Below are positions 1 to 9,781 of a DNA stretch of 64,000 nucleotides, in pieces (within the stretch, counting starts at the first letter, position 1; every line of letters starts with the position of its first letter). A program made the translations under genes and the position numbers. The stretch covers positions 3,389-67,388 of the forward strand of contig CAVVNJ010000008.1 in NCBI GenBank assembly GCA_963749595.1, written 5' to 3'. This DNA comes from Candidatus Woesebacteria bacterium. Its GTDB lineage: Bacteria; Patescibacteriota; Microgenomatia; UBA1400; UBA1396. Under the pieces are notes generated by a model, which had not been told where the DNA came from, did not search any database, and was given only the letters and a program-made list of their open reading frames with translations.

Positions 1-145
1 CCATTTTGCCGATATACCCGAGGTACGCTTCGTCCCAAGACAATCCGACCGGCATTTTGCCGAGTTGATACAAACGGGTGAAAGCGGCAAAAAACAACAA
101 AAAACCCAAAGCGACCAACCAGAGGTTGCGGGGTTTGGTGAACAT
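1..145 (-). CDS. GT-C (ArnT/PMT-like) membrane glycosyltransferase, N-terminal fragment running off the left edge
   Basis: ATG at 145-143 on the minus strand. Hand translation is MFTKPRNLWLVALGFLLFFAAFTRLYQLGKMPVGLSWDEAYLGYIGKM: a TM helix followed by the DEA-Y first-loop motif of GT39/GT83-type enzymes. Confidence 0.6.
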   Translation of the reverse strand, partial: MFTKPRNLWLVALGFLLFFAAFTRLYQLGKMPVGLSWDEAYLGYIGKM

Positions 146-225
146 CTGTTTATCTTGGCATAAGGGTGGGTTTTTGTCATTAACGGAGACGATTACACGA
201 AGAAAAACCGTAGTAGAATAGCGGA

Positions 226-687
226 ATGGCAGAGGAAGCTCCAAGAAGCTTGGTGAAACTTCACAAAAAACACATCCGGGGCTCAAAACAGGGCGCCCTA
301 GTCAAAGAATACACGATTCACATCTGTAGCCTTACTAACGCTGTCTCAAGCGGTTGTTCAATTCCCAGAGCCAAGGTGTATGCAACGTCCCGAATGTTAA
401 AACATTTGTATGACAAACGCCCGGGCTCCGAATATGATTTTCTCATATACCATCTTCCGCAAATAGTTAAGTTTGCCGACCGGGTTCTAAGGAATAGTTC
501 CGCCAAGAGAGGCAGTTTCATTTTTGTTAAACAAATCGAGGACACTCTGTATATGGCTTCACTTGAAGAATCGGAGATCAATGGCGAATATTGCCTGATG
601 GTTGCTACGGCGTATCACGTTGAGGAAATCTATCTGGAAAAGTTTTCTATTTTGTGGAGTTGGGGGGACGGCAGTTCCCCATCGTAA
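226..687 (+). CDS. hypothetical protein (153 aa)
   Basis: Single long ORF with no catalytic motif recognisable by eye. The antisense ORF 318..581 is treated as a shadow. Confidence 0.4.
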   Translation: MAEEAPRSLVKLHKKHIRGSKQGALVKEYTIHICSLTNAVSSGCSIPRAKVYATSRMLKHLYDKRPGSEYDFLIYHLPQIVKFADRVLRNSSAKRGSFIFVKQIEDTLYMASLEESEINGEYCLMVATAYHVEEIYLEKFSILWSWGDGSSPS

Positions 688-824
688 TGCTTTCGATACT
701 AGATTACTCTAGTCTAATCACATCCCGCAGTAGAGCCTTTCTGCATTTCAGCCCCACAAAATAGTGGCGCAATTATATAGTCAGTTTACCGAATTTGTCA
801 AACTTTCGGTGTTATTATTGTTCT

Positions 825-1334
825 ATGAAAGCCCTCTTTCTGGATCGAGATGGAACATTGGTTAAGGATTATCCGGACGATTCCTGGAGGACAATCAACC
901 GTCTTGAAATTTTTACTGATACTATTCCTGCCTTATTACGGCTTCAGGAGAAGTTCTCTCTGTTCATTATCACCAATCAATATTTGATTCAGGAGGGAAT
1001 AATTTCCGAGGAACGATTTCGTTTGACTCACCGAGAGTTCCTTCGGGAGTTAGCCGCTGCCGGCGTCAAGATCGAGCAAACCTATTATTGTCCGCACCCT
1101 CGATCGATCAATTGTGGTTGTCGCAAACCGGATCGGGGGATGATTGACCAGTGTTTGTTAAATTACGATATTGATTTGGAAAATTCGTATCTGGTTGGTG
1201 ATTCCCCCGTCGATATTAAGTTGGGAAAATCGGTCGGTTGCCACACGGTGGCCGTTGGCGATTATCTCGGTCGGGAACAACCGATTTATCGGGCAGAAAA
1301 TATGCGAATAGCCACTGACTTAATTTTGGGGTGA
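825..1334 (+). CDS. gmhB: HAD-IIIA phosphatase, D,D-heptose 1,7-bisphosphate phosphatase-like
   Basis: Contains DRDGT (HAD motif I), ITNQ, and the zinc-loop pattern CPH-x6-CGCRKP. ATG at 825 is preferred to the TTG at 795 used by the ORF track. Confidence 0.75.
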   Translation: MKALFLDRDGTLVKDYPDDSWRTINRLEIFTDTIPALLRLQEKFSLFIITNQYLIQEGIISEERFRLTHREFLRELAAAGVKIEQTYYCPHPRSINCGCRKPDRGMIDQCLLNYDIDLENSYLVGDSPVDIKLGKSVGCHTVAVGDYLGREQPIYRAENMRIATDLILG

Positions 1335-1925
1335 TAAGTAGCACTTCATCAATACGCTCTGGTAATTATCAATACCGAATAATCGATGAGGCAACGATAA
1401 AGCAACCTGGACAAATCCCATTTTTTCATGAAAATTCAGGCTGGCCTGATTCTCTACCGGTCCGGTGGTGATGATTGAATAAAGTGTTGAATATCTTTGA
1501 TCCAGTTGGCTGATTGATTCTCGCAGAAGTAGAGAGCCGATGCCTTGACCCCGATTTCGATCGTCCACTACCATCGCCCCGATTTCGGCGTGTGGTTGGA
1601 CATAATATTGCTCGCGTTCGACCGCATTGGACCACTTTTTATACTGGTTATCGCGGAAATTTGCCTGATGTTCGATCCGAAGATAGCCGACAATCTGATT
1701 CTCCACCTCAGCTACCAGAAAAATCTCTTGTTGATCTTGTTTGAATTCAGTTTGCGAATAATCACCAATTAAAAATCCGCTCGCCTGGACTTTTTGGCGA
1801 TATTGTTCATCTGCTAGTCGATTAAGATCGATCTGATGGCCGGACTGGAGCCGGCGAATTTGCTCCCAATCATTGTTTTGGGCCGACCTGATCTGAACCG
1901 GTTGACTAGGGGCGGTTTGAACCAT
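1320..1925 (-). CDS. GNAT family N-acetyltransferase
   Basis: Acetyl-CoA-binding motif RNRGQGIGSLLL and a C-terminal NQASLNFHEKMGF. Confidence 0.75.
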   Translation of the reverse strand: MVQTAPSQPVQIRSAQNNDWEQIRRLQSGHQIDLNRLADEQYRQKVQASGFLIGDYSQTEFKQDQQEIFLVAEVENQIVGYLRIEHQANFRDNQYKKWSNAVEREQYYVQPHAEIGAMVVDDRNRGQGIGSLLLRESISQLDQRYSTLYSIITTGPVENQASLNFHEKMGFVQVALSLPHRLFGIDNYQSVLMKCYLSPQN

Positions 1926-2868
1926 ACTCGCTTAATATTTTCCGATCAGTTTTTTTCCAAAGTCTGCGAGTGTTTTTTCTTGCCGACATAACTTCGTCCA
2001 TTTGTTGCACGGCTCTCAGGAAGCCCAGTAATGAAGCACCCTTGGTTCGCCAAGCGGTTAGGGTCAAGTGGTATGGTAGCCAGACTAAATGTTGAGCCAG
2101 TAATGACCAGTCGGTGATATTTTTCCAAACGATCAGGAATTGATTTTTCCAACTAACAATTTCCACCTTCCGCCGACCAAAAACGCTGAGATTGGTTGTC
2201 TCATGTTGGTGCAATACGACCGCTTTCGGTTCGAAGGCGATTTTCCAGCCGTGTTTGAGGGCGCGGTAGGAGAGATCGCGATCTTCTTCATAGGCCGGAT
2301 AAAACAACGTGTCCATTCCGCCGATTTCCCTAAATTTTGCCCGGTCAAAAAACATACTGCCGCCCGCCGTCCACAGCGTTTTAGTCGACGACTGGTCCGG
2401 ATCATACCAATGGGTCAACAGACCGCGTTCAAAATTGCCGGTGCCGCGACCCGCGACCTGGGCGCCTGGCTTGTCTTCGGTCACCTCCGCACACCCCACG
2501 GCAAACATCTCCGGATCGTCAAACCAGCCGAGCAGGAGCGAGCGAACATCTTCAGTGAGCGGCGAGACATCATTATTTAGCAGGAAGATATAGGAATGTC
2601 CGGCAGCCGCGACCCCGGAATTTACCGCAGCCGCAAAGCGTTGATTGTTTTTATGTTCCACGAGCCGCATGACGATTTGTTTTTCGGCATAAGCCGGAAT
2701 CATGGTGCGGACTAGGTTAGCCGTATCATCGGTCGAAGCATCGTCAACGATGACAATTTCATCGCCTGGTTCGAGAACTTTCGCCACGTCCGGCAGGTGT
2801 TTGGCCAAGAGAGCTTGAGCGTTGTAGGTAGGAATGACGACGGAGATGGGAACTTGGGCGCGCGGCAT
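1906..2868 (-). CDS. glycosyltransferase family 2 (GT-A)
   Basis: VVIPTYN ... IVIVDDASTDDT. ATG at 2868 has GGAGG 4 nt upstream and overlaps the upstream stop (TGATG). Confidence 0.8.
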   Translation of the reverse strand: MPRAQVPISVVIPTYNAQALLAKHLPDVAKVLEPGDEIVIVDDASTDDTANLVRTMIPAYAEKQIVMRLVEHKNNQRFAAAVNSGVAAAGHSYIFLLNNDVSPLTEDVRSLLLGWFDDPEMFAVGCAEVTEDKPGAQVAGRGTGNFERGLLTHWYDPDQSSTKTLWTAGGSMFFDRAKFREIGGMDTLFYPAYEEDRDLSYRALKHGWKIAFEPKAVVLHQHETTNLSVFGRRKVEIVSWKNQFLIVWKNITDWSLLAQHLVWLPYHLTLTAWRTKGASLLGFLRAVQQMDEVMSARKNTRRLWKKTDRKILSEYGSNRP

Positions 2869-3989
2869 CAGGCCTCCAGCATTTGGTCGATAATTTGACA
2901 AAATTTTTCCAAGGAAAACTCTTCCGCTTTGGCCCGAGCCGCGCGCCCAATTTTATGGCGAAGTTTCGCGCCCCCGTGCCAGATGGTATCGGTTATTTTT
3001 TGCAAATCGTCAATCGTCTCAAAACGGTAGCCAGTAATTCCGGCTGTCACGCTTTCCTTCAGACCGCCCTTATTTACCACCACCGGCACGCAACCATGGG
3101 CCATGGCTTCAATGGTGCTCATGCCGAAATGTTCGACGCGTTGCGGTTCGCGCTCTTCATCAACCCCAAAACCGGCCGCATGCCAGAATACCGCGCTTTC
3201 ATCATAGAGGCGGTGAAGTTGGTCGTAGGAAATGTCATGACGGAACGTGACCGGATATCCTTTGGCCCGTTGCTTGAGTTTGCGAACAAAATCCGCATGG
3301 ATACCTTCTGGCTCGATCCCGCCAACCAGAAGCAGGTTCACTTTTCGCTTGTCCCAGCCGTATTTTTCATAACCCGTCAAAAAAGCTTCCAGCAACACAT
3401 CCTGACGTTTAGCATGGACGTCGGTATGTTGCGGATCGAAAAATCGGCCCACGGCGATGATTTGATTTTTCTTTTTATCCAGATCGGGCATTGGTAATCG
3501 ATTAGTGTCAACGAAGGGATAATGAACGAATGGGATTTTAATCTGCCAGGCTTGCTCAACGACTTGACGCGTAAATTCGGAATTGGCGTTCCGAACTTTC
3601 CAGGAGGCCAATTTCTGACGCGCAAACCAACCGGCGTGATGGTTAGTAAAAGGGATCTGGATATGCAGTATGCTTTTTGGTGCGCCGCACCAAAACAGAC
3701 TGCCGTCGGTGGCGTACCAAAAGGCGTCGTACCGTTTGGTTTCTTGCCAGCGAGTGATCGGATTACCGCGACCCGAAGCGAGCGGCGACCGCCGCCACTG
3801 GATTCGCGACAGATCGAGGTTAAATAAACGTTCATAGTCCCTGATCCGATCAGTTAAATTGGCCGTGTTGTCAGGAATTAAAACCGATACTTCATGCCGC
3901 TGCGACAAATACCAGGCCGTGGTAAGGAAATGTTTTTCGCCGCCGCCGGCATGTTTTGGCAAGTAGGGCGAATAGAAGCCGATTTTCAT
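2868..3989 (-). CDS. glycosyltransferase, GT-B fold (GT4-like)
   Basis: C-terminal EHFGMSTIEAMAHGCVPVV (E-x7-E region). ATG at 3989 overlaps the upstream stop as ATGA. Confidence 0.8.
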   Translation of the reverse strand: MKIGFYSPYLPKHAGGGEKHFLTTAWYLSQRHEVSVLIPDNTANLTDRIRDYERLFNLDLSRIQWRRSPLASGRGNPITRWQETKRYDAFWYATDGSLFWCGAPKSILHIQIPFTNHHAGWFARQKLASWKVRNANSEFTRQVVEQAWQIKIPFVHYPFVDTNRLPMPDLDKKKNQIIAVGRFFDPQHTDVHAKRQDVLLEAFLTGYEKYGWDKRKVNLLLVGGIEPEGIHADFVRKLKQRAKGYPVTFRHDISYDQLHRLYDESAVFWHAAGFGVDEEREPQRVEHFGMSTIEAMAHGCVPVVVNKGGLKESVTAGITGYRFETIDDLQKITDTIWHGGAKLRHKIGRAARAKAEEFSLEKFCQIIDQMLEA

Positions 3990-4831
3990 GGCTGCCGCCA
4001 CTGTTTTTGTATTTCTTCCTCAATGCGGTCGTAGCGCTTTTCCAAGGGGGGTTTTTGTTGCAATTCCCAGAGGCGGACGTAAACTAGGAAGCGGTTCATA
4101 GTTTGGATCATCGCCTCAATCACTCCCTCCGGACCATCTTTCCAAGCCAATCTTAGTATCAAGCGGTTAAGAAAATCAAAAACCACGATTTTAAATAACC
4201 GGAGCGGCGAGACTTTGGGGTGATTGGCAGCTAGGAGGAGCTGAGCTTCGGTATCGGTCCAGTCAATTGATTTCCGCAATCCATCGAATAGATTCCGGTG
4301 GGTAAGGTGCACTAGAGGTTCTTCAATTTCACCGATACGACCAGTAATTTCTGCGTGTTCATGTACTTCTCCCACCCAATTTTTCAAACGGTCGCGGCGC
4401 ATGAGTCGGAGCAAGATATCGGTTTGCCAACCGCCATGCTGCATCCACTTGCCGTAATGAATGTTGTTGCGTTTGACGGTGTAGGCGTCAAAATCCGGAC
4501 GGCGGATTCGACTTTGGATGGCTTTTGTCAGGGCAGGGGTGACTCGTTCGTCGGCGTCCAGGTAAAACAACCACGCGCCGGCGGCGTGCTTGGCCGCTTC
4601 GTTGCGCCACTGCGCGAAATTTTTTCCTTCAGCCTGAATGACCTCGACGCCGGCGCGCCTGGCCAAACCTTTGGTCCGATCAGTGGACCCTGTATCCAAC
4701 AAAATGATTTGATCGGCCCACTTTAGGGTGTCTAGGCAATTAATAATCATCCGTTCCTCGTTCCGGGCGATAATGATCGCGGTTAACGAGTGAGGCGACT
4801 CAAGCTTGGTGGTAATCGGATCGTTTTCCAT
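3986..4831 (-). CDS. glycosyltransferase family 2
   Basis: LTAIIIARNEERMI ... ILLDTGSTDRT. Only the last 281 codons of the 479-aa track ORF are credible, because the upstream part overlaps the next GT2 in another frame. ATG at 4831. Confidence 0.75.
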   Translation of the reverse strand: MENDPITTKLESPHSLTAIIIARNEERMIINCLDTLKWADQIILLDTGSTDRTKGLARRAGVEVIQAEGKNFAQWRNEAAKHAAGAWLFYLDADERVTPALTKAIQSRIRRPDFDAYTVKRNNIHYGKWMQHGGWQTDILLRLMRRDRLKNWVGEVHEHAEITGRIGEIEEPLVHLTHRNLFDGLRKSIDWTDTEAQLLLAANHPKVSPLRLFKIVVFDFLNRLILRLAWKDGPEGVIEAMIQTMNRFLVYVRLWELQQKPPLEKRYDRIEEEIQKQWRQP

Positions 4832-5717
4832 AACGCTGGCGAATGAAGTCAAGTATACCGCGTCGAACAGCCTGGTTACCAGAGCGGAACTGCTGGAACA
4901 ACTGTTTGGCGAGAAATATTTTGGTGCGCAGGGGGGCGAAACGGAAGCCGAATAAGTAGCGATTCCTGGCTTGGTAGTATTGGTGCAGCGCTGATCCGGA
5001 ACCGGAGGAGCCGGCATTTTTATGCCAGATCCAGGCTTGGGGTTGGTAAATCGTTTGGTATCCCGTGGCTTGAATGCGTTGCGAGAGATCCATGTCCTCC
5101 AAGTACAAAAAGTATCGTTCGTCAAATCCTTTGAGTTTTTGCCATAGCTTGGGCCGGATAGCGATACAACAACCGGTGGCGAATGGCGTTGGTTCCAGCT
5201 GATCATACTGACCCCGGTCGACTTCATCGACGCCACGATGGAAGCCCACCACTTCGGTCCAATCAATTTGCCCGCCAGCGTACCATAAAACTCTGCCGCG
5301 TTCCTCGTTTTGATAGCCTTTGTGGAATTCGCAACCCGGAGAAAAATAAATCTTGGGGACCACGGCGCCATAACGCTCATGCTCGTGGAGGGTTTGATCG
5401 AGTGTCTGAATTGCGGTAACGTCAACCGTGGTGTCGTCGTTGAGGAGAACGATGGTTCGTGGCGTCAGTTGCTCGTTGGCAAATTTCACGCCCGCATTGT
5501 TGCCGCCGGCAAAACCCTGATTTTCCGGCAAACGTAAGACATAGATCCAGTCCGGAAATTCGTTGAGTAAGATCTCCGCCGATTCGGCAGCGGCATTATC
5601 GACAATGATCGGAATGATTTCCTGGCCGTTTGCCGATTTTTTTAACGACTGCAAACACTCGCGCACGTTGGCTAACGAGCGGTAGTGAATAATGATGACC
5701 GCGATTGGTGCTTTCAT
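4800..5717 (-). CDS. glycosyltransferase family 2
   Basis: IAVIIIHYRS ... IIVDNAAAES ... LLNDDTTVD. ATG at 5717 overlaps the upstream stop (ATGA). Confidence 0.8.
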   Translation of the reverse strand: MKAPIAVIIIHYRSLANVRECLQSLKKSANGQEIIPIIVDNAAAESAEILLNEFPDWIYVLRLPENQGFAGGNNAGVKFANEQLTPRTIVLLNDDTTVDVTAIQTLDQTLHEHERYGAVVPKIYFSPGCEFHKGYQNEERGRVLWYAGGQIDWTEVVGFHRGVDEVDRGQYDQLEPTPFATGCCIAIRPKLWQKLKGFDERYFLYLEDMDLSQRIQATGYQTIYQPQAWIWHKNAGSSGSGSALHQYYQARNRYLFGFRFAPLRTKIFLAKQLFQQFRSGNQAVRRGILDFIRQRYGKRSDYHQA

Positions 5718-6604
5718 TTTTTGATTGCCATTCGCATTCGCCAGTACCAGCGAGCCAGACCGTGACTTTTTTCCCGTTGGATTTTTGCTTCCCACCAGTG
5801 TGCATCGCTGGCAACTTGAGTCAAAATTTGCGATAAGAGCGGATTTCTTTTTTTGGCGGGAAAAACTTGCAGTTCCCAAATTTTAGCGGTCTCGATTACC
5901 CGCACCGCGGCCTGTAACAGGCTGAGAAACTCGCCGTGCCTGCCAGCAGAAAAACCGTCACCGGCATAATAACGGGTCAGCAATTCGTCAAAAAACACGG
6001 TCAGTGGATCCGGCACCGGTTGCTCCTGATGTTGCTGCGCAATGTAGTTGGCGTAACGTTGGCCTCGATCGATAAATTCGTCGATCGTGGCGTAGTTATA
6101 ATGAAGAAAGGAAAATTCTGGTTTAGCGGGTAAATAAATAGTTTTGCCGGTGACCTGAGCAACGCCATGGACTTCTGGCGGCCAGTTGACCGTACCCCGG
6201 CGAAAAAGACGTAGCTGATAATCCGGCCACCAGCCCGCACTGGCCACCTGGCCAAAAATGAGATTTTGCCGCGGTAAGAAATAGCCGTTAACGGTAGTGT
6301 CGGCCAATAGATCGGGAAGTTTCTCTCGCAGCGGATTAGGAATTTCTTCGTCGGCATCAACCACCAGAATCCAGTCCTGGGTAGCTTTGGCCAAGGCGGC
6401 GTTACGGGCCGGATCAGCATAACCAGCATCTTCATGATGGTAAACTTTTGCCGAAAATTTCTCCGCGATGGCCAGGGTGGCATCGGTGCTATTCATATCC
6501 ATGACGATAATTTCGGCGGCCAGAAATTTGACGCTCTTGAGACAACGCTCAAGCATGGAGGCGGCGTTTTTGGTATTGATTACCACGGAAAGCGAAAGGC
6601 TCAT
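5714..6604 (-). CDS. glycosyltransferase family 2
   Basis: LSVVINTKNAASMLERCL ... IIVMDMNSTDAT ... VVDADEE. Confidence 0.8.
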   Translation of the reverse strand: MSLSLSVVINTKNAASMLERCLKSVKFLAAEIIVMDMNSTDATLAIAEKFSAKVYHHEDAGYADPARNAALAKATQDWILVVDADEEIPNPLREKLPDLLADTTVNGYFLPRQNLIFGQVASAGWWPDYQLRLFRRGTVNWPPEVHGVAQVTGKTIYLPAKPEFSFLHYNYATIDEFIDRGQRYANYIAQQHQEQPVPDPLTVFFDELLTRYYAGDGFSAGRHGEFLSLLQAAVRVIETAKIWELQVFPAKKRNPLLSQILTQVASDAHWWEAKIQREKSHGLARWYWRMRMAIKK

Positions 6605-8109
6605 GACAATACTCCTAAGGAATGCAGCTCTTGTTTGAGGCTATTCCAGCCTACCAAAAGGAAGGTGGAAATGTATACCACCGAGACGAGCAGCATGCCG
6701 CCAAAGAGGTATAGGAGTGAATCAGACCAAAAGCGATAGCCCAACACTCCGACCATAATCATCATCGTTGCCGCAAGTAATTGCCGCCAAACCTGGGGCA
6801 GGACCCGGATTGGAATGACCTGCCGGACCAGATAAACGGTAACAATTGAGGAAAAACCAATAACTGCCGAGGCCAAAGCGACGCCCTGATAGCCGACCAA
6901 GAAAACTGCCGCGGGGGTGATGGTCCAGGTTAATACTGTCCACATAATCATCAGCTTAAGTGTCTTATTGATCTGGCCGACCGCGTTCAGGGTATTAGTC
7001 AAAGGCGTGGAGATGGCGCTCCAGGCAATATTAATGGCAAATAAAACGAAAGAAAGCACCGCGGGGGTCCATTTGGTGTATTGCGGCACCAACTGAAGAA
7101 TTGGCCAGAGGAAAAGCGACATGCCTGCCAGCATGGGAAAAATCAACAAAGCAATGAAATAAATCGTTTTATGAATGGCTTTGGCCAACCGCTCGGGGTC
7201 GTGTTGCAGTCGTGCAAAGGTTGGGAAAGTTACGGCCATGACGTTGTTGACGCTAAATTGTTGCGGAAAGGTTACCCAGCGCCGTGCCCAGGCAATATAT
7301 CCCAGTTCCCTAAACGGCAAGAATCCCCCCAAAACCACGATGAATAAATCGTCCTTAATTCGGGCTAAGAGGTCGTTCAGCTGGAATTTGGCGCCAAAAT
7401 GTAGAAGATGACGAAGGGCTGGGCGCGACAGGGCCAAACCAAATGGCCAGCGTTTGATCCCATACATTACCGCGACGCCGGCAAATCCTCGTAAAATAAT
7501 GGCGACGGTATAACTGGTTAGCCCAAATCCGGACCAGGCCAAAAGGATTGTGGTGCCATGGAAAAGAGTGTTTTCGACGATGGTTGGAATGACCAAACGG
7601 TCAAATTGCAGCTCCCGTTCCAATAAAATCGAGGGAATGGTTTTCAGCGAGGCTAAAAAGAATGATCCGGCCAAAGCATAAAGCAGAGCCAGTTCCCGGG
7701 GGCCAAAACCGCGCGTTTGCCAGTAGGGTGTCAGGGCGACCATGATTATCGCGATCAGAATGGATAAGAGCAGCTGAACCGTGAAGGTCGTCCGCATTTC
7801 CTCAACCGTGGGACTGGATTTTTTTTGCACCAGGGCAGCGGCTAGACCAACGTCGGAGAGAAAAGTAAACAAGCCGATCGTGGAAGTAACCAAAAAGTAA
7901 ATTCCGAATTCTTCCTGGGAGAGGAAAGCACTTAAAATCGCCATGGCCAACAGTGACATGCCATACATGAGGAACGAGCGGAGAGAATAGCTAATCACTC
8001 CCCGGACTGAGCGTTTTTTGACTTGTTGAAGCGATTCGGCGGTCAGCTCAGAAATTTCCTGTTCATTATCGATTTCATCGGCCGAGATGACGTTTTTCAG
8101 ATCAGTCAT
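6601..8109 (-). CDS. polysaccharide/oligosaccharide flippase (Wzx/MOP-type)
   Basis: 502 aa with about 12-14 hydrophobic segments, embedded in the GT operon. Start and stop overlap the neighbouring genes. Confidence 0.65.
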   Translation of the reverse strand: MTDLKNVISADEIDNEQEISELTAESLQQVKKRSVRGVISYSLRSFLMYGMSLLAMAILSAFLSQEEFGIYFLVTSTIGLFTFLSDVGLAAALVQKKSSPTVEEMRTTFTVQLLLSILIAIIMVALTPYWQTRGFGPRELALLYALAGSFFLASLKTIPSILLERELQFDRLVIPTIVENTLFHGTTILLAWSGFGLTSYTVAIILRGFAGVAVMYGIKRWPFGLALSRPALRHLLHFGAKFQLNDLLARIKDDLFIVVLGGFLPFRELGYIAWARRWVTFPQQFSVNNVMAVTFPTFARLQHDPERLAKAIHKTIYFIALLIFPMLAGMSLFLWPILQLVPQYTKWTPAVLSFVLFAINIAWSAISTPLTNTLNAVGQINKTLKLMIMWTVLTWTITPAAVFLVGYQGVALASAVIGFSSIVTVYLVRQVIPIRVLPQVWRQLLAATMMIMVGVLGYRFWSDSLLYLFGGMLLVSVVYISTFLLVGWNSLKQELHSLGVLS

Positions 8110-9781
8110 GCTTCCTTCCGTTATTTAGCAGTAGAGCGGCAAAAATAACCCATCCGAAAAAGCTAACCGCCAAAGTGATCGATCTTAAAGGTGTTGGAGA
8201 GAATCTGGCCCCGATCGATTTAATTGGCTCGGTCGCCAAATATTGTCGGCGGCCATCTGGTAGTAAAGTAGGGTGGACTTCGCGATCGTCAACGTAGTAC
8301 TGCCAGCCGGCAAAGTCGGCAATGTTCCAAGTAATGGTTGTAGGAGAGGTAGTTTCCGCAATCAGGAGCAATTCTTGGGCTCGATTTAATTCCCAACTAC
8401 TGGCTTCAGGTGCCGGTTCAATGACAATGCGCTGATCAGGATCGACGGGGGGCAATTTACGGTCAAAACTATTAGGCAAATAATCCATCAGAATGTCGCT
8501 CATTTGCGTTCGGATTAACTGACCATCGGTGTAGTAAAAGTCCTGATCCCGGCTTAAGAATTTTTCAGGTTGGTGATATTTAATCTGTCCGACCAAAATT
8601 GAAATCAAGATGATTAGGGTTAGTGCGTAACGTTGTTGATGGTTTTTCACCAGGGTCACTCCTAGTCCGGCCGCGGCGGAGAGTAATACGATGGCCAAAC
8701 CCAACCAGCGCCAGGGAAATTGAATAAATGGCAGCAGTGGAATAATCTCCCACAAAGGTTGGGAGTGAGTCAGGGTCAAAAACAACGATCCAACTCCTGC
8801 CACGAGCAGTAATCCAATGGCCAGATCTTTTTCCGAGACTTTTTTCCGGCGGAGGTTGCGGTTGCGCCAAATCCAAACCATGGTGGTGAGAATCAACAAG
8901 ATCAGAAGCGGCCAGCCAAGGTGAAAACTAATGCCATCGTTTGGACCATATTCCGAACCACCGTAACCCCACCGCGGCCAGATTAACTGACGGATGTATA
9001 AAAAGTGCAGATGATAATCGAAGTAGCCGGAGAGAATTTCCCCGACAATCGTTCCGTTTTTTTCCAAAAAGGCTGGGATAGCATAGAACGCGCTGAGGGC
9101 CAAACCGAATAGACCCGCGGCGGTTAGTTGTGCCAGCCGGTACCCGCGCTGTTCCCGTTGCCAGAGAATTCTGAGAGCGGCAATCAGGTAGAGAACCGGT
9201 AAAGCCATCAACGCGGTTAAGTTGTGAGTTAACACGAGGAGTGCGGTCCAGAAAGCCGACTGGAGGAACCCGGAGCGGGGCTGGTCCGAGATTTTCCAGA
9301 GAGAATATAGAATCCAGGGCAAAAGGCCAATCGCCAAGGCTTCATTTAGGGCGCCGCGCACAAAGAGATCCACCGCACGGTATGGGGCAGCTAATACCAG
9401 CGCGGCGCCCACAATGGCGGCCGTCCGGCCCCAACGACGCAACAACACGAACATTCCGGTAGCGGCCAGTACGCCAGATAAGGCAAACATTGATTTGACC
9501 GCCCACAGTGGCGACCAACCAAAATAAGTCAGCGCCGCCCCGAAGTAGGACGGTAAAGGACCGTAGAAAAGAAAGAGTGGCATGCCATAGCCATAGCCAA
9601 AATTTTGCGACCAGTGTACTGGAAACTCACCAGCATCCAGAGTGTGGCGCAGCTCGACTAGTCTAGCCACGTGCGTGAAATCATGAACGCGGAAAAAATG
9701 AGGCTGAAAAAAAGCCCAGCTAAAAGCTACCAACAGTGCGAGCAGAATTAAGTGGGCGGCGAGAGTGCGAATTAATCTCAT
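8102..9781 (-). CDS. polytopic membrane protein, GT-C/YfhO-like ('PTPS-related' membrane domain type)
   Basis: 559 aa with many TM segments. The N-terminal HDFTHVARL...FPVHWSQNFGYGYGMPLFLFYGPL pattern is recalled from this family. The assignment is tentative. Confidence 0.5.
   Translation of the reverse strand: MRLIRTLAAHLILLALLVAFSWAFFQPHFFRVHDFTHVARLVELRHTLDAGEFPVHWSQNFGYGYGMPLFLFYGPLPSYFGAALTYFGWSPLWAVKSMFALSGVLAATGMFVLLRRWGRTAAIVGAALVLAAPYRAVDLFVRGALNEALAIGLLPWILYSLWKISDQPRSGFLQSAFWTALLVLTHNLTALMALPVLYLIAALRILWQREQRGYRLAQLTAAGLFGLALSAFYAIPAFLEKNGTIVGEILSGYFDYHLHFLYIRQLIWPRWGYGGSEYGPNDGISFHLGWPLLILLILTTMVWIWRNRNLRRKKVSEKDLAIGLLLVAGVGSLFLTLTHSQPLWEIIPLLPFIQFPWRWLGLAIVLLSAAAGLGVTLVKNHQQRYALTLIILISILVGQIKYHQPEKFLSRDQDFYYTDGQLIRTQMSDILMDYLPNSFDRKLPPVDPDQRIVIEPAPEASSWELNRAQELLLIAETTSPTTITWNIADFAGWQYYVDDREVHPTLLPDGRRQYLATEPIKSIGARFSPTPLRSITLAVSFFGWVIFAALLLNNGRKHD

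Noticed and set aside
4832-5425. N-terminal ~198 codons of the 479-aa track ORF 3986..5425
   Set aside because: This part is low-complexity and Ser/Pro-rich, and it lies entirely inside the better-supported GT2 gene 4800..5717 in another frame. The GT2 motifs of the 3986 gene begin only after the ATG at 4831.
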